A DNA stretch of 64,000 bases from Octopus vulgaris. Taxonomy: Eukaryota. Positions within the stretch are counted from its first letter, which is position 1, and the number at the start of each line of letters is the position of its first letter. The stretch covers positions 170,562,001 to 170,626,000 of the forward strand of contig OX597815.1 in NCBI GenBank assembly GCA_951406725.2, in the 5' to 3' direction. Under the pieces are notes generated by a model. The model did not search any database and was not told where the DNA came from. It saw nothing but the letters and a program-made list of their open reading frames with translations. The position numbers were made by a program, and so were the translations under genes. Shown here in pieces: positions 39,871 to 52,130 of this stretch.

Positions 39871-41557
39871 TCTCTGTATATTCCAAATATGTTTGTTCAT
39901 ATGAGTCGAATCGCCAAAGGCCTTGAGAAAATATTGTCTTTAGAACAGCTATTGAAATTATCAAAACTATCAAATGTCTATCAAATTATATAGGATATGG
40001 AAATATAATTAAATATCAAAAATAAAAACAACATATATTTCTGCCGATGGGCATGAAACTTTAGAATTGAAACAATGGTAAACTGGAAGTTTACGACCGT
40101 TATCCTTACCAGAGGAACGTGAATTTAATTGTCAATAGAGGAACACGAGTCTCATCTCATTTCATACCAACTCGTGTATTCGGTTTACAAAGAACATACC
40201 GTTGTATGACAGACAAAAGTGAAAAATCGATGACTTAGTTAAGCACAAAGCCACACGTGTTAAGAGGAGAAAACGGAAATCATGAAATCACGTCTTTCAC
40301 AAGTTCATTTGATGCACAGATGAAGGAATTGGTTTGTAACGTGGTTTGGTTATCACATTTCTCAGTAGCCTTTACCAACGTAGGATATGAAATTGATATG
40401 AATTTTGTGTTATATATTTTTATATAACCTCTCATTGTTCTGACGTCATCCCAGTTATATTCAACATTAGGAAAATGACCGAATTTTCTGTAAGAATATA
40501 AAGAATATAAGGTTCATAATTACGTTCGGCTTTAAATCATGATCATGGTCCGCATGGTTATCACATTCGTCGTTGTCGTCAAAGTCGTCGTCATCATCAT
40601 CATTAACATCATCGTCAACACCTCTTACGGTTTCACATTTACGATGTGCTCCAACAAGCATAAACATATTGCTGAATATTTAGCGAGAATTTGATATGAG
40701 TAGACTGAGTAAGCCACGTGCTAGAATTGAAGTTGTATCACCGTAAATTGTAAACATACTCAATGCATTCACTACAATATGTCAATATGCTATGATTTTA
40801 ATGGAGTTATGTTTTTGTGTTTGGTTTGCACAAACGTAAATGCGCACTCACACACACACACAACAGAATACGCACACATAAGTAAACACTCACATTTCTA
40901 CATACACGCATACGTACAGATATACTTACATACATGCAAATATAGATAAACTTAGGCATACAACTAGTTCTCAGACAAATTAAAAGCAGAATTCGATGAG
41001 TGAGAGCATGACACTGACGTGGTCGCGATTATAGCGGAGAAATGAATTTGACAGAGAAAACTAACGAGCGAATGATTGTTCAATCATCACATTAAACAAA
41101 CTATTCGATAGTTAGTTGGTAAAAAAAAGTGGTATTGAAACAGTGCGTGTGTTTATTTAAATTTTTATTCGCCTAATAAACTTCCCTACACACAGAGGAA
41201 GATTTGCATATTTTTTCTAAAATGATATGCAACTATATAAACGGGTTCGATTTCTATGCATGCCATTTTGATCGAGTGTCTTATCCTATAGCGTAAGCAT
41301 CACTCAGAATTACGTAAATGAAAATGGATACATGGAAATTGATTGGAACCAGGACTGATAGACAAATTTGAATTCAAATTCAAATTGTATGTCAATATGA
41401 TTCCCCCTGTGAATTGCTCGTCTTTGGGTTACTCAAACAATTGATATGTAAATTCAAAAAGTTACTCACCGAACTAATGGAACATTAGAAAATTCATTGC
41501 CGAAATCGAAGAAGGATTTTTGATAAGTTAACATTAATCTAAAGGAGAGTTCATATT

Positions 41558-41659
41558 CTTTTCTACTCGAGGCAAAAGACCCGGAATTTTGGGGTAGGGG
41601 GGCCAGTTGATTAGATCGACCCCAGTTCGCAACTGGTACTTAATTTATCGACCCTTAAT
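41558..41659 (-). mobile_element. 5'-truncated SINE family A with 12-bp TSD
   Basis: TSD agagttcatatt at 41546-41557 and 41660-41671. Confidence 0.88.
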
Positions 41660-41817
41660 AGAGTTCATATTGACAACCCGGGTGTTTTGAATACATAGGC
41701 ATAGGTGAAGTATAACGAGATTTATTCACTGTAAAGGAATGCATTACACTATACTTACATACATTGATATACATATGTATTTCTACATACATTCACGTAT
41801 ATACATATACATTTCTT

Positions 41818-41850
<33 letters not shown>

Positions 41851-41851
41851 A

Positions 41852-41883
<32 letters not shown>

Positions 41884-41963
41884 CATCCATCTATTTATCT
41901 ATCAGTCTGTGTGTCTATCTGTCTACCGACCTACTCCACAAGGGAAATAAAAGAATGTTAATA

Positions 41964-42369
41964 TACTCTTTACTCTTTTACTCTTTTACTTGTTTCAGTC
42001 AGTTGACTGCGGCCATGTTGGAGCACCGCCGTTAGTCGAGCAAATCGACCCCGGGACTTATTCTTTGTAAGTCCAGTACTTATTCTATCGGTCTCTTTTG
42101 CCGAACCGCTAGGTGACGGGTACGTAAATACACCAGCATCGGTTGTCAAGCAATGCTAGAGGGACAAACACAGAAACACACATACATATACATATATACA
42201 TATATACGACAGGCTTCTTTCTGTTTCCGTCTACCAAATCCACACACAAAGCTTTGGTCGGCCCGAGGCTATAGCAGAAGGCACTTGCCCAAGATGCCAC
42301 GCAATGGGACTGAACCCAGAACCATGTGGTTGGTTAGCAAGCTACTTACCACACAGCCACTCCTGCGCC
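41964..42369 (-). mobile_element. Full-length SINE family B (tRNA head, CORE-like tcttgggcaagt segment, internal microsatellite, LINE-like 3' tail, (GAGTAAAA)n end)
   Basis: A-box tggctgtgtgg, B-box gggttcagtccc. Colinear with 52877-53350. Confidence 0.92.
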
Positions 42370-42397
42370 TTATATATATATATATATATATATATAT

Positions 42398-42457
42398 GTT
42401 CTTTTACTATTTTATTTGTTTCAGTCATTTGATTGTGGCCATGTTAGAGCACTGCCC
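42398..42457 (-). mobile_element. Isolated 3'-tail fragment of SINE family B
   Basis: tttgtttcagtcatttgattgtggccatgttagagcactgcc is the terminal module only. Confidence 0.75.
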
Positions 42458-42542
42458 AGAAAGTAAGACAGTGAATTGGGTTCTGTCTAGATACGCATAT
42501 GTATATACATATATCCATGTATGCATGTGTGTGTGTGTGTGT

Positions 42543-42587
<45 letters not shown>

Positions 42588-43183
42588 ATTCAGAACATGC
42601 TGAAACATTTTTCGACCTGTCACATTTTAAAGATTTCTTTTGTTACTAAAACCATTCTGTGATTTTGTAACTTGTAAAAATAGTTCTGTAATTCACTTAA
42701 TATTGATTTCTTTGAACACATTATTCTTATTTAAAAAAAAATCTAATCGATTATACTTTATTGTCGCAAAGAACAGGAGACCGATAAGATAAATGCCACC
42801 GGAAAGGTTGTCGGCGACAAAAGAAGATTCATTTTCGAAATCAATGAATAATATAAATATAGTTTTAATGAAAAACTTCCATGCACTGAAAACAATCAGG
42901 AGGAAATATGGGATTACGCCAACAAACGACTTGGTTTAACACCAATTATCTGAAACAAATCAATTCAATTTTTATACTAGGTTAACATTGGACACGTTGC
43001 AATTACGATGCCAGCAAGTCTAATTAACCATATGCACGCGCAATTATTCAATTTTCCTTTCCTTTAACATTCTCACCGTCTCTCTATCTGTCAATCCTTT
43101 TCCCTTCTGGCTCTCATCTTGTGGTCGAACTTTCTCTATCTCTCCCTCTATCCCCTCTCTCTTTCACTCTCTCTCTCTCTGTT

Positions 43184-43222
<39 letters not shown>

Positions 43223-43570
43223 TTGTATTTATGATGCAGCGAGATAAAGATAGATAAATAGATAGATGGATAGATAGACAGATAGGTAGATGTATAGATA
43301 GACAGATAGATATATGGATAGATAGTAATGATCTTCAAGTATAATCAAGACCTATATTCCACGTTTCCAGATTTATCTTCTAAAATTTGTCTAGAGAAAA
43401 GTACGAGACATATTCTTTGCAGTTTTACATATGTATTTATTTCTATCTTTCATCACCCCCAAACCCCCCAAACCCGGTATATTCTGAATCCAAGACAACT
43501 GGTTGCTTTTGCTTATTGGCATATTCCCAACATTAAGAACATTTTTGCATCTTCGTTTAGTGAGAGTTGA

Positions 43571-43620
<50 letters not shown>

Positions 43621-44270
43621 ATATATATATAGAGAGAGAGAGAGGGAGAGAGATGGATAGATAGATAGATATACACACATACATATATGCATACATAAAA
43701 ACATATATACATGCATACATATATATCTATATATACATATTATTATATATACACGCATATATAAAGATATGTATGTGTGTGTGTATGTATTCACAGTAGA
43801 TATAGATATTTAAATATGGTTTGTTGATCATTTTCATTCTCAGCCTAGATATATATATATATATGTCGCACACACGTAGATACATGTACGCAACATTTGT
43901 CTCACATACACAAGCACACACGTACACATGCGCGCGTGTTTTTGTATGTAGTAATACATGCAGCGATTTCTTCGTATTAAGATGTATAATTAGAATACTC
44001 TATTAAATTATTCATAGAAATTTACTATAAACTATGCATGAAATTTAATTGGAGGTGAGACTTCACACGTGATTCTCCCAGATTTGTCATACTACACATC
44101 AGGTTCAAAGTAATAGATTTGAAATTAGTCGTTATCACAAACGTTTGAAAAGAAATAGTGTAGTATAGTTTTATTTATTTAATTTTTTGAGCCAACGATC
44201 AGAAATAATGAAAGACGATGGTATATAGTTTTACCTTGCATTTCAATGTTTCGGGGTAAGAATTCCTTTG

Positions 44271-44604
44271 TGTAGGAAATTTTCGGAAGAACCGTGTCTA
44301 GAGCTGACTTGTCTGTTAAGTGTTGTGTATATGAATGTGTTATATCGCAATACTACCCAGTGGCTGTGTGATCTACAACATCCTCGTCGCCTCAACTCGA
44401 CTACCTCTGCTACTCAACTGTTCTCTACTCTGACGTCTAGACTTCTCCCTCTATATCTACGTATTGGGCTAGCCTACGTCGTCGTCTGGAGGCGTCCACA
44501 CAACAGAATGTTACTTAACACACGCATGATAATTTGCTTTTGTGGCACACAGCACAGAACAGAGAAGTCATCTCACAACACAATCCCTCCGAAGTTTTCC
44601 TGAA
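44271..44604. mobile_element. Possible solo LTR or short TIR element
   Basis: GC-richer island starting tgtaggaaattttcgga and ending tccgaagttttcct (imperfect terminal inverted repeat). No clear TSD. Confidence 0.3.
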
Positions 44605-45695
44605 AGCGTTGCCCTAAGTCCGAAATATTGAAAAACAATGTATATGTACAAACCAAGTGACTTGTATAATTTCTTACAATTTGCATTGTTTTGGTTTGGG
44701 TTGAAAAAATTAGAAAGAAATATTTTTACTGGTTGTGAAAATTCTGTTTTAGGAAACAACGGCTGATGTCATTAGTTTTAATGAATCTCAGCCGGAAAGA
44801 AAACTAAGGTATGTATTGCTAAATGGTACGTATTGTGTTAGACGATGGAGGAGGTGTGCAAGGGAGAAAACGGAATCAATGGAGATGGGAAGGGGGTAAA
44901 ACATTCAAATTCAAAGCAGATGGTGTAGGATAGAAATAATTCAAATGTACGTGAATAAATAGATAACAGTTTGGTCCTTTGTTTCTCTGTAGGCATATAT
45001 GAACTCTGATTTTGAGTTTCTGTATGCAACATAAATAACCAGCAAATAGATTTTAAAAAAATATATCAAATATCTTGTCGTTAAGCAATTTTAATACTTG
45101 AGCTTAAAAGTCATAGCCAGTACAATCCCCAAATAGTAAAATCAGCTCTCATTTAAATCATATCTTTTATACTTATAAAAGAAATATCACATTAGATACC
45201 TGCAAATAGCACTTCTAAAGAAACTTGGACAGAATTATATAGCACATTAACCAAAATTCAGATCATAATTATTAGACTCCAGCCTATTCTTTTTACCACG
45301 CAGCAAAAGCATTAACGAAATCCAAATTTGGAATTGGCTTTAAGAAAAAGATAAAATGCATAAAACAGGGGAAACATAACAATAGTTACACCAGACGTAA
45401 AGATTAAAAAAGTAAAACATTATGACATAACTAATAGTCCTTCCAGCTTAAAAGAAGAGAACGCACGCATATAGTCGGAAAATTCCTCTTCCAAGTAAAA
45501 TATACACTACACTAGAGTTTATCAGTTCTTTTTCTACAATGCTCCAGTTCGAGTTCTATAAAAGAAAAAAAAAAGAAAAAGTAAAACGAAACAGAAATAA
45601 AAAAGACAAGCTACCATGAACATAAATCACAGTATGTAATATGCATATATATATACATTTATGTACATATATTATGTAATGTGTGTATGTATGTG

Positions 45696-45727
<32 letters not shown>

Positions 45728-45831
45728 TGTATATATATATATATGTATATATGTATGTATGTTTGTATGTATGTATGTATTTATGCATGTATATATATAT
45801 ATATATATATTTAGATATACATATGTACATA

Positions 45832-45946
45832 GTGCTGTGGTTTTACTGGGATCTCCCTTTTAAGTAGAAAGAATAGCAATAACTCTTTGACTGCTATTTC
45901 TAAATTCGGTGTGTGGTGAGGCAAATCGTTGCTAAACCCTTAATTA
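45832..45946 (-). repeat. Unclassified dispersed repeat (copy of 11208-11320)
   Basis: Reverse-complement similarity. Confidence 0.6.
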
Positions 45947-47117
45947 CTTAGTAAATATATATATATATAGATATACATACGTACATATATATATATACAT
46001 ATATAGAGGGAGGGATAAATATAGATAGATACATATATAGATATAGATACAGACTGTGTTAGTGTGCGCGTGTTTGTGCGCGCGTGTGTGTATGTGTTTG
46101 TGCGCGTGCGCATTTTGTGTTAACTATTGGAAAGAAGAGTACTCAATATTAAAGTTGAGACTGATATTATGTTTTATTTTGGTGAAGGCTTAAAAAATAT
46201 TTACTGTACATACGATGAAATTATATGAAGCAGTACTTGATAGAACGCAGTGAAAATATAATTAATTGAAAAGTTCGTCTTTTCAATGTAGCTTACAGTT
46301 GTTTATAAACATATCGAAGTCGGACCAGTCCTCGGTTTCCACAATGTACGCCGTTTCTTGGGTTATTATCAAATCGTAACCCAGCATACACACGAGTTGT
46401 GTCTCTATGTTTGTATATGAGAGAAAGTGTAAATGTAAGTAAGAAAACAGACGCAACTTAAGCAGATGTTAAAATTCCCGTTTTCTCACGTAAAATTAGT
46501 AAATGTGTGGAAGCTTCTTTCACATAATACTAGTGACTGGGAATACAATGATAGGCTAAAGAAAGGAAACGTGCAATAGAAGCTGGTGTTTAAATGTAAC
46601 GGGTTATTATGACAATCGTGGAAGTGCTAGGAAATATTAAGACATTAGTGTTAATGATTAATAATGACAAACCAAGAAGAAAATAATGACAAGCTCAGAA
46701 AAGAAAGCAAACAAAATAAAACAACAAAACTCAAACAAGCAAAAACGAAAGCAATATCAGAGAAATATATAAGGAAACAATTAGATGTTGCTGAAGATAT
46801 TTTGGAGGTGGTAAAAGCGCAGATATTGAAAATGAGATAATAATAAGCATAAAAATAAACATTGAACAAATGTGATTTAAAAATAAAATATATAGTAATA
46901 AATATAGGTACTCCCTTCCTCCACACACACACGCAAACGCATATTTATATTTTTGTATTGTTGTATTATATTGTTTGTACTTATGTGTATAGGTATGTAT
47001 AAAATGATATAACAACTAACAGAAAGTCTTCATGGAGCCAGTCGCATGAAGATGAATAAGTTGTTTTCTTGTTTGATATTAAGTTAGCCACCAGAAAATT
47101 CCTTTACTTGTATATCC

Positions 47118-47160
<43 letters not shown>

Positions 47161-47899
47161 ACCCGTTCACTTGTATATCCGTTATATAGATATAATTCCG
47201 TATACTTATATATCCGTTATATATATATTCTTTCTTTGAATCAGTTATCTTCATCAAGCGTATGCTATACAATCTCAAGCGAAACATTTTTTTATTTATT
47301 CTTCTCACAAAATAATTTCATTATTTTTCTTGTCAGAAATGCTAAATTAGATAAAGTTTTGTGGTAAAATATTATTAAAGTTCTAAGCGCAATGAATGGA
47401 TAAACAAATTAAACTATTTGTTTTATATGAAGACAAAGAATGACAAGTGCTAAAGAAAGCAGTTTGACATTTCTAACATTATTTTTATATTCAGAATGAT
47501 ATTGTTGTTTTTTTCGAGACTTACAACATGATGTCTGGTATTTCAACTATCAGTGTGACTAGGGTTGCCATATTTTCTCTTCTACTAACAATTTTCGTCC
47601 AACATTTGGCTTAAACTTTACTACAGCGAAAATATTACATTTGTTTAAAGAATATTAAATGTAATTGCAATGTAAAACAAAAAACTATTTAGATAAAAGG
47701 CTCTTAATTTGACGACTGTTTCATAGGTATATTACCACTGATTGTGTGAATAAAATATCGATTGCAACGGTTAGAACTGACAATTTTAAATGCAGATGTT
47801 AAGCAAATATATGTTACACATTTTATCACACAACGATTAAACTTTTAGAATCGATAATTTTAAGTTCAGATGTTAAGAAAATACATGTTACAGCAACCT

Positions 47900-48310
47900 G
47901 AAAATGCTGAAATAATTGATGAACATTTTGACCCCACAAAATTGTAGGCCAAATTTCGTTATTCAGTTAATCAAAAATCATCTTGAGCTTTGCATGAGTG
48001 GCCTAGGTAAGAATTTATTTGTCTCAACCCATCCTTAGCACATATTCCAAGAAAATCGGTTGAAAACTTCAAAAGTTATGGCAGAAATTAATGTTCATTG
48101 AAAAGTCCAAGTGATTTTTGAAAAATCAATGCTGACTAAAAATTATCCATTTCTTTGAAATTCCAAATACGTAAGTGAATGCATGGGCGTAAGTGCATGG
48201 CCATAAGCCCTACACACGCGTCAAGTTTCATCAAGATCGGTTGGATAGTCTCGGAGGAGGTAAAGTAAAAATTTCACAAAAACACACAACTACAAACAGA
48301 GAGAAAATAA
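47900..48310 (+). mobile_element. Possible non-autonomous Helitron-like fragment
   Basis: gaaaatcggttgaaaa...aaagttat and aagtttcatcaagatcggttg motifs followed by a CA-rich segment. Confidence 0.35.
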
Positions 48311-48312
48311 CC

Positions 48313-48388
<76 letters not shown>

Positions 48389-48405
48389 GCATATCTATAT
48401 ATATG

Positions 48406-48466
<61 letters not shown>
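48313..48466. repeat. (TATC)n(TA)n, 3' flank of the LINE
   Basis: Direct inspection. Confidence 0.95.
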
Positions 48467-48468
<2 letters not shown>

Positions 48469-48586
48469 TAATATATACATATAATATATTTTAAAATTTA
48501 TTTTTTATTTTATTTTATCTAGTTTCAGCTCACGAGCTGTGGCCATGCTGGGGCACCGCCATTTGGTGTTGCTACATGATTTTACT

Positions 48587-51500
48587 TCACAAATGCTTTT
48601 TAGCAACTGCCATTTGGTGCATGAGAGAGTTCGATGTAGCTGCCATCATCTGAACCTCCTGCCGTGAAGTTGGTTCATCTGGGACACCTGACAAGAAGAG
48701 ATCCAGTTTTATTTTAAAGACATCTGCATCCACCCCATGCAGGTCTCTTAGGTTCTTCGGGAGGATATTGAAGAGCTGTGGGCTTCAGAAGTCCAGGCTA
48801 TCACAGTATATCGTCCTACATCTTGATGGCAAATTTGGAGTCTTTGGCACTATGCAGTGGCGCCCAGTTCTGGCATTTGTGTAACTCTCGATGCCAAAGT
48901 TTGGGACAAGTCCTTCTAGGATCTTCCAGATGTATATTATGGCATATCTTTCTCGCCTACGCTCTAAGGAATAGAGTCTTAATCTCTTGAGTCTTTCCCA
49001 GTAGCTTATATACTGCACAGAGGCTATCTTCTTCGTGTAGCTTCGTTGGATCGCCTCAAGTTCTGTGATCAACTTGACACTGGATGGTGACCATAGCTGA
49101 GAGCAATAGTCAAAGTGGCTTAGGACAAGTGTCCTCCAGAAGACCATTATGGTTTCTTGGTCTCTTGTTCTAAAGTTTCTAAGAATCCATCCAGCCAGCC
49201 GCCTACATTTCATTGCCAATTTAGCAACATGTACATCAAAGGTTGCGTCATCACTCACGTAAATACCCAGGTCACGCACTGATTGTGCCTCTGGGATTGC
49301 AATCCCTCCAGGTCCAGTGTATTCATTGGGTATCGCATTTAGTTTTCCATGCTGATAGCATAAAGCTTGAAACTTTTCAGCATTGAACTGCATGCTATAT
49401 ATTTTGTCCAGCTCACATTGCAGGTGCTTAGTGTCTTAAGGGTTCTGTATTGCCTGTGAAACTTTTGTATCATCTGCATAACTTGTGATCGTGCTCTCTG
49501 CGTGGCTGAGGGCATGTCTGAGGGAGCCATTATCAACAGTAGTGGTCCCAAAACAGTGCCCTGCGGAACACCGCTCACTATTTGCGTGTTAATGGAAGTG
49601 GCCCCATTGGCTACTACCATCTGACTTCTATCCTTCAGAAAGTCATGAAGCCATTCTCCCAATTTTCCAACTATGCCAAGATCACACAGTTTGTGACATA
49701 TCATTCCATGATCGACTTTATCAATGGTCTTTGCAAAGTCGAGATATATCACTTCCACATTTGAGTGGTTGAGCAGTCGTTTCAGCACCCAGTCATAGTG
49801 TTGTAGGAGCTGAGTTAAGCAGCTTCTTCCTGGTCGGAAACCATGTTGGGTGTCAGGCAGCAAGTCATTTTCTTCAAGGAAGGTGATTAGTTTCCTTCTG
49901 ACTATTCGTTCCATGACCTTGCTGATGTGTGAGGTCACAGAAATAGGTCTGTAGTTCTTGGCCTCCGCTCTGCTACCTCCTTTATGAATAGGGCATATTT
50001 TACCTTCCTTCAGTTTTCTTGGAAGTTTGCCAGTTGCAAGGAAGCCCTGAAAGAGGAACTACTGTGGTCTTGCTAGGACTCTCTTACATACTTTTAGAAG
50101 GATTGCTGGGAATCCATCGGGGCCAGTAGCTGAGTTTGTTTTCATTTCATCTATAGCCTTTATTACATCGTCTTCCTTTATATTGATGTAATCGATCATC
50201 GCTGCCTCTGATTTTATATCTGCAGTGGTAAAGAAGTCAGTTGGATTGCTGACTTGGAAATGCCCAAGGGTGGAGTGAAAACACTCTTGAATTGCTCATT
50301 TAGTATTACACTTACCCCCATTGGATTTCTTGTGAGTGTGCCATCATTTTCAAGGAGTGGCCCTATCCTACAGTGCACCGTAGCTGTTTCTGTGGCATAC
50401 CTGTAGAAAGCTCTGGGGTTAGATTTTATGTTGTCTATAGCCCAGGCTTCTTTGTCTGCTCTTTCCTTTTCATGGGAGAATTACAGATATTTTTCAATTT
50501 CCAACAGTTTTATTTTCAGGCGGGACTTTTCACTGCTTTCAATTTGTTTGTTTAGGCGATTTGAAACTTTTGTACGCCGTCTCATTAGAATTTTCCTCTC
50601 TCTGGGGAATTTGTTCTTTTGTACAGTGGCCTTTCTCTCTGGGACACATTTGTTGCATTACAGACATGAATTGTTGAAGTTTTATGTCGATGTCTGGCGA
50701 GGAGAGACATTCAGGCCAGTTTTGTTTGAGGATCTCTTTCTCCATTTGTTTCCAGTTTGCCTTATGGAAGTTCAAGCTGGAAAGATTCTGAGAGTTTCTT
50801 GTAGGCTGCATGTCCATGCTTTCCTTTGGCCCGTACATGGTCAGCTCTACCATGCTGTGATCCGAGAGTAGTGTCGGTGTCACTTTCACATTATGGATGA
50901 GATCCATATTATTTGTGAAGCAGAGATCCAGTATGTTACCTGCCCTGGTTGGTTGGAGTATTGCTTGCTCCATGTACAGGGTGTTGATGAGGTTCAGGAG
51001 GGACCTCGCCTGTCCTCGTTCACATCTTGTCATTTCTGGGAGAGAAAGGCTCTCGGGCCATCTGACATTGGGTAGATTGAAGTTTCCCATAAGAAGTACA
51101 CTTATGTATTGTTCTAATGTGACTAGAACTTCTATTTTTATAAGGCAGTCTTCAAACTTGCCTACATGGCTTGTGGCATCTGGAGGGCAATATGTAGCAC
51201 ACACAACTACACGAAGTTGCCTTATATGTACAATTAGTTTGTCACACACCGAGTTTGAGTATGACAAAAGGACCTGGGGTGTGAGGTCCTCACGGATGTA
51301 CATAGCAACTCCTCCATGACTCCTTTCTTTTCTGTCGGTCCGTAGTACAACATACTGTGGTATGTGTAATTCCGCATCTGCTATGTCCGGTTTCAGGTGT
51401 GTTTCCGTAAGTGCTATGCATAAGGCTTGATTGCATGCAACAAAGTCTCTCAAGAACGGGATTTTTGTCCTATTACTGAGTATTAGCAGTCCTCTGATGT

Positions 51501-51657
51501 TCAGTAGGAGCATCGAGGTGAGGTGTATGCTGTTGCCGGCGGTGTCCACCTTGGGTCCATTTGCTGTGGCGGTCTTGTGTATTGTGGATAGTCCCATCTG
51601 CGAGTTTGAGTTTGATGGAGCCAGGTTAGCTGCTGTACAATATTTTGTGCCATGCAC
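48587..51657 (-). pseudogene. LINE ORF2 (APE endonuclease + reverse transcriptase), broken by several frameshifts and stops
   Basis: APE: LLNIRGL, LTETHL, GGVAMYI, YCPPD, MGNFNLP, PTRAGNILDL, LSDH. RT: NYRPIS.TSHISKVMERIV, QHGFRPGRSCLTQL, YLDFAK, SGVPQGTVLGP, YADD (49469-49480), RDLGI, YSLERRRER, VPDEP. Confidence 0.95.
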
Positions 51658-52074
51658 AAAAAAGATTCTTGTTCAGCAGCTGCCTTTTCAATAACATGTT
51701 GGCGGTTTGTACCACGCTCCACATCTGCGTACCTCCGTTTTGGGGCAGGTGGTGCGTGGTCCATTCCATTTCATTTTGGTAGTTGGTTTCTGACCTGTTT
51801 CGTGTTTATGTGGCAGGGTCTTTGATGTGCAAAACGGCAGTCTGCACCTTCCTCTCCATGCCAGCAGACACCTTTCATGTAGAATTTACATATTCGTGTG
51901 CGCTGTCTGTTTCTATCCTTTTTGGTACATGGATAGTCAGGTTTGCTTCTATCCTTGGCTGTTTCATCTTTTGGTTTTGTTTGAGTTTTAGTTTTTCCTT
52001 TTTTGGCTGTTTCATCTTTTGTTCTTATAGTTTTTCCTCCTTTTATTTCTTTTTTGGCTCTTTCATCTCCATGG

Positions 52075-52076
<2 letters not shown>
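51501..52076 (-). pseudogene. LINE ORF1 remnant: Lys-rich region plus CCCH zinc finger, with one in-frame stop at 51771-51773
   Basis: Track ORFs 51771-52130 and 51501-51764 are in the same frame. CKFYMKGVCWHGEEGADCRFAH is C-x7-C-x8-C-x3-H. Confidence 0.75.

Positions 52077-52127
<51 letters not shown>

Positions 52128-52130
<3 letters not shown>

Larger units (their letters stand above)
48497..52076 (-). mobile_element. CR1-like (APE-type) non-LTR retrotransposon, 5'-truncated, with a very short 3' UTR and a (TAAAA)n tail
   Basis: ORF1 remnant, APE and RT are colinear on the minus strand. Exact clade needs an RT phylogeny. Confidence 0.95.

Noticed and set aside
43330-43570. Minus-strand PGLGGLGV motif resembling a non-LTR RT thumb
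   Set aside because: It is one short motif between microsatellites, with no other RT motifs nearby.
46640-46840. Lys-rich plus-strand reading frame (MTNQEENNDKLRK...)
   Set aside because: It is short and A-rich, with no recognisable domain or splice context.
48778-51694. Several plus-strand ORFs within the LINE
   Set aside because: They are antisense to APE/RT coding sequence and have no independent motifs.
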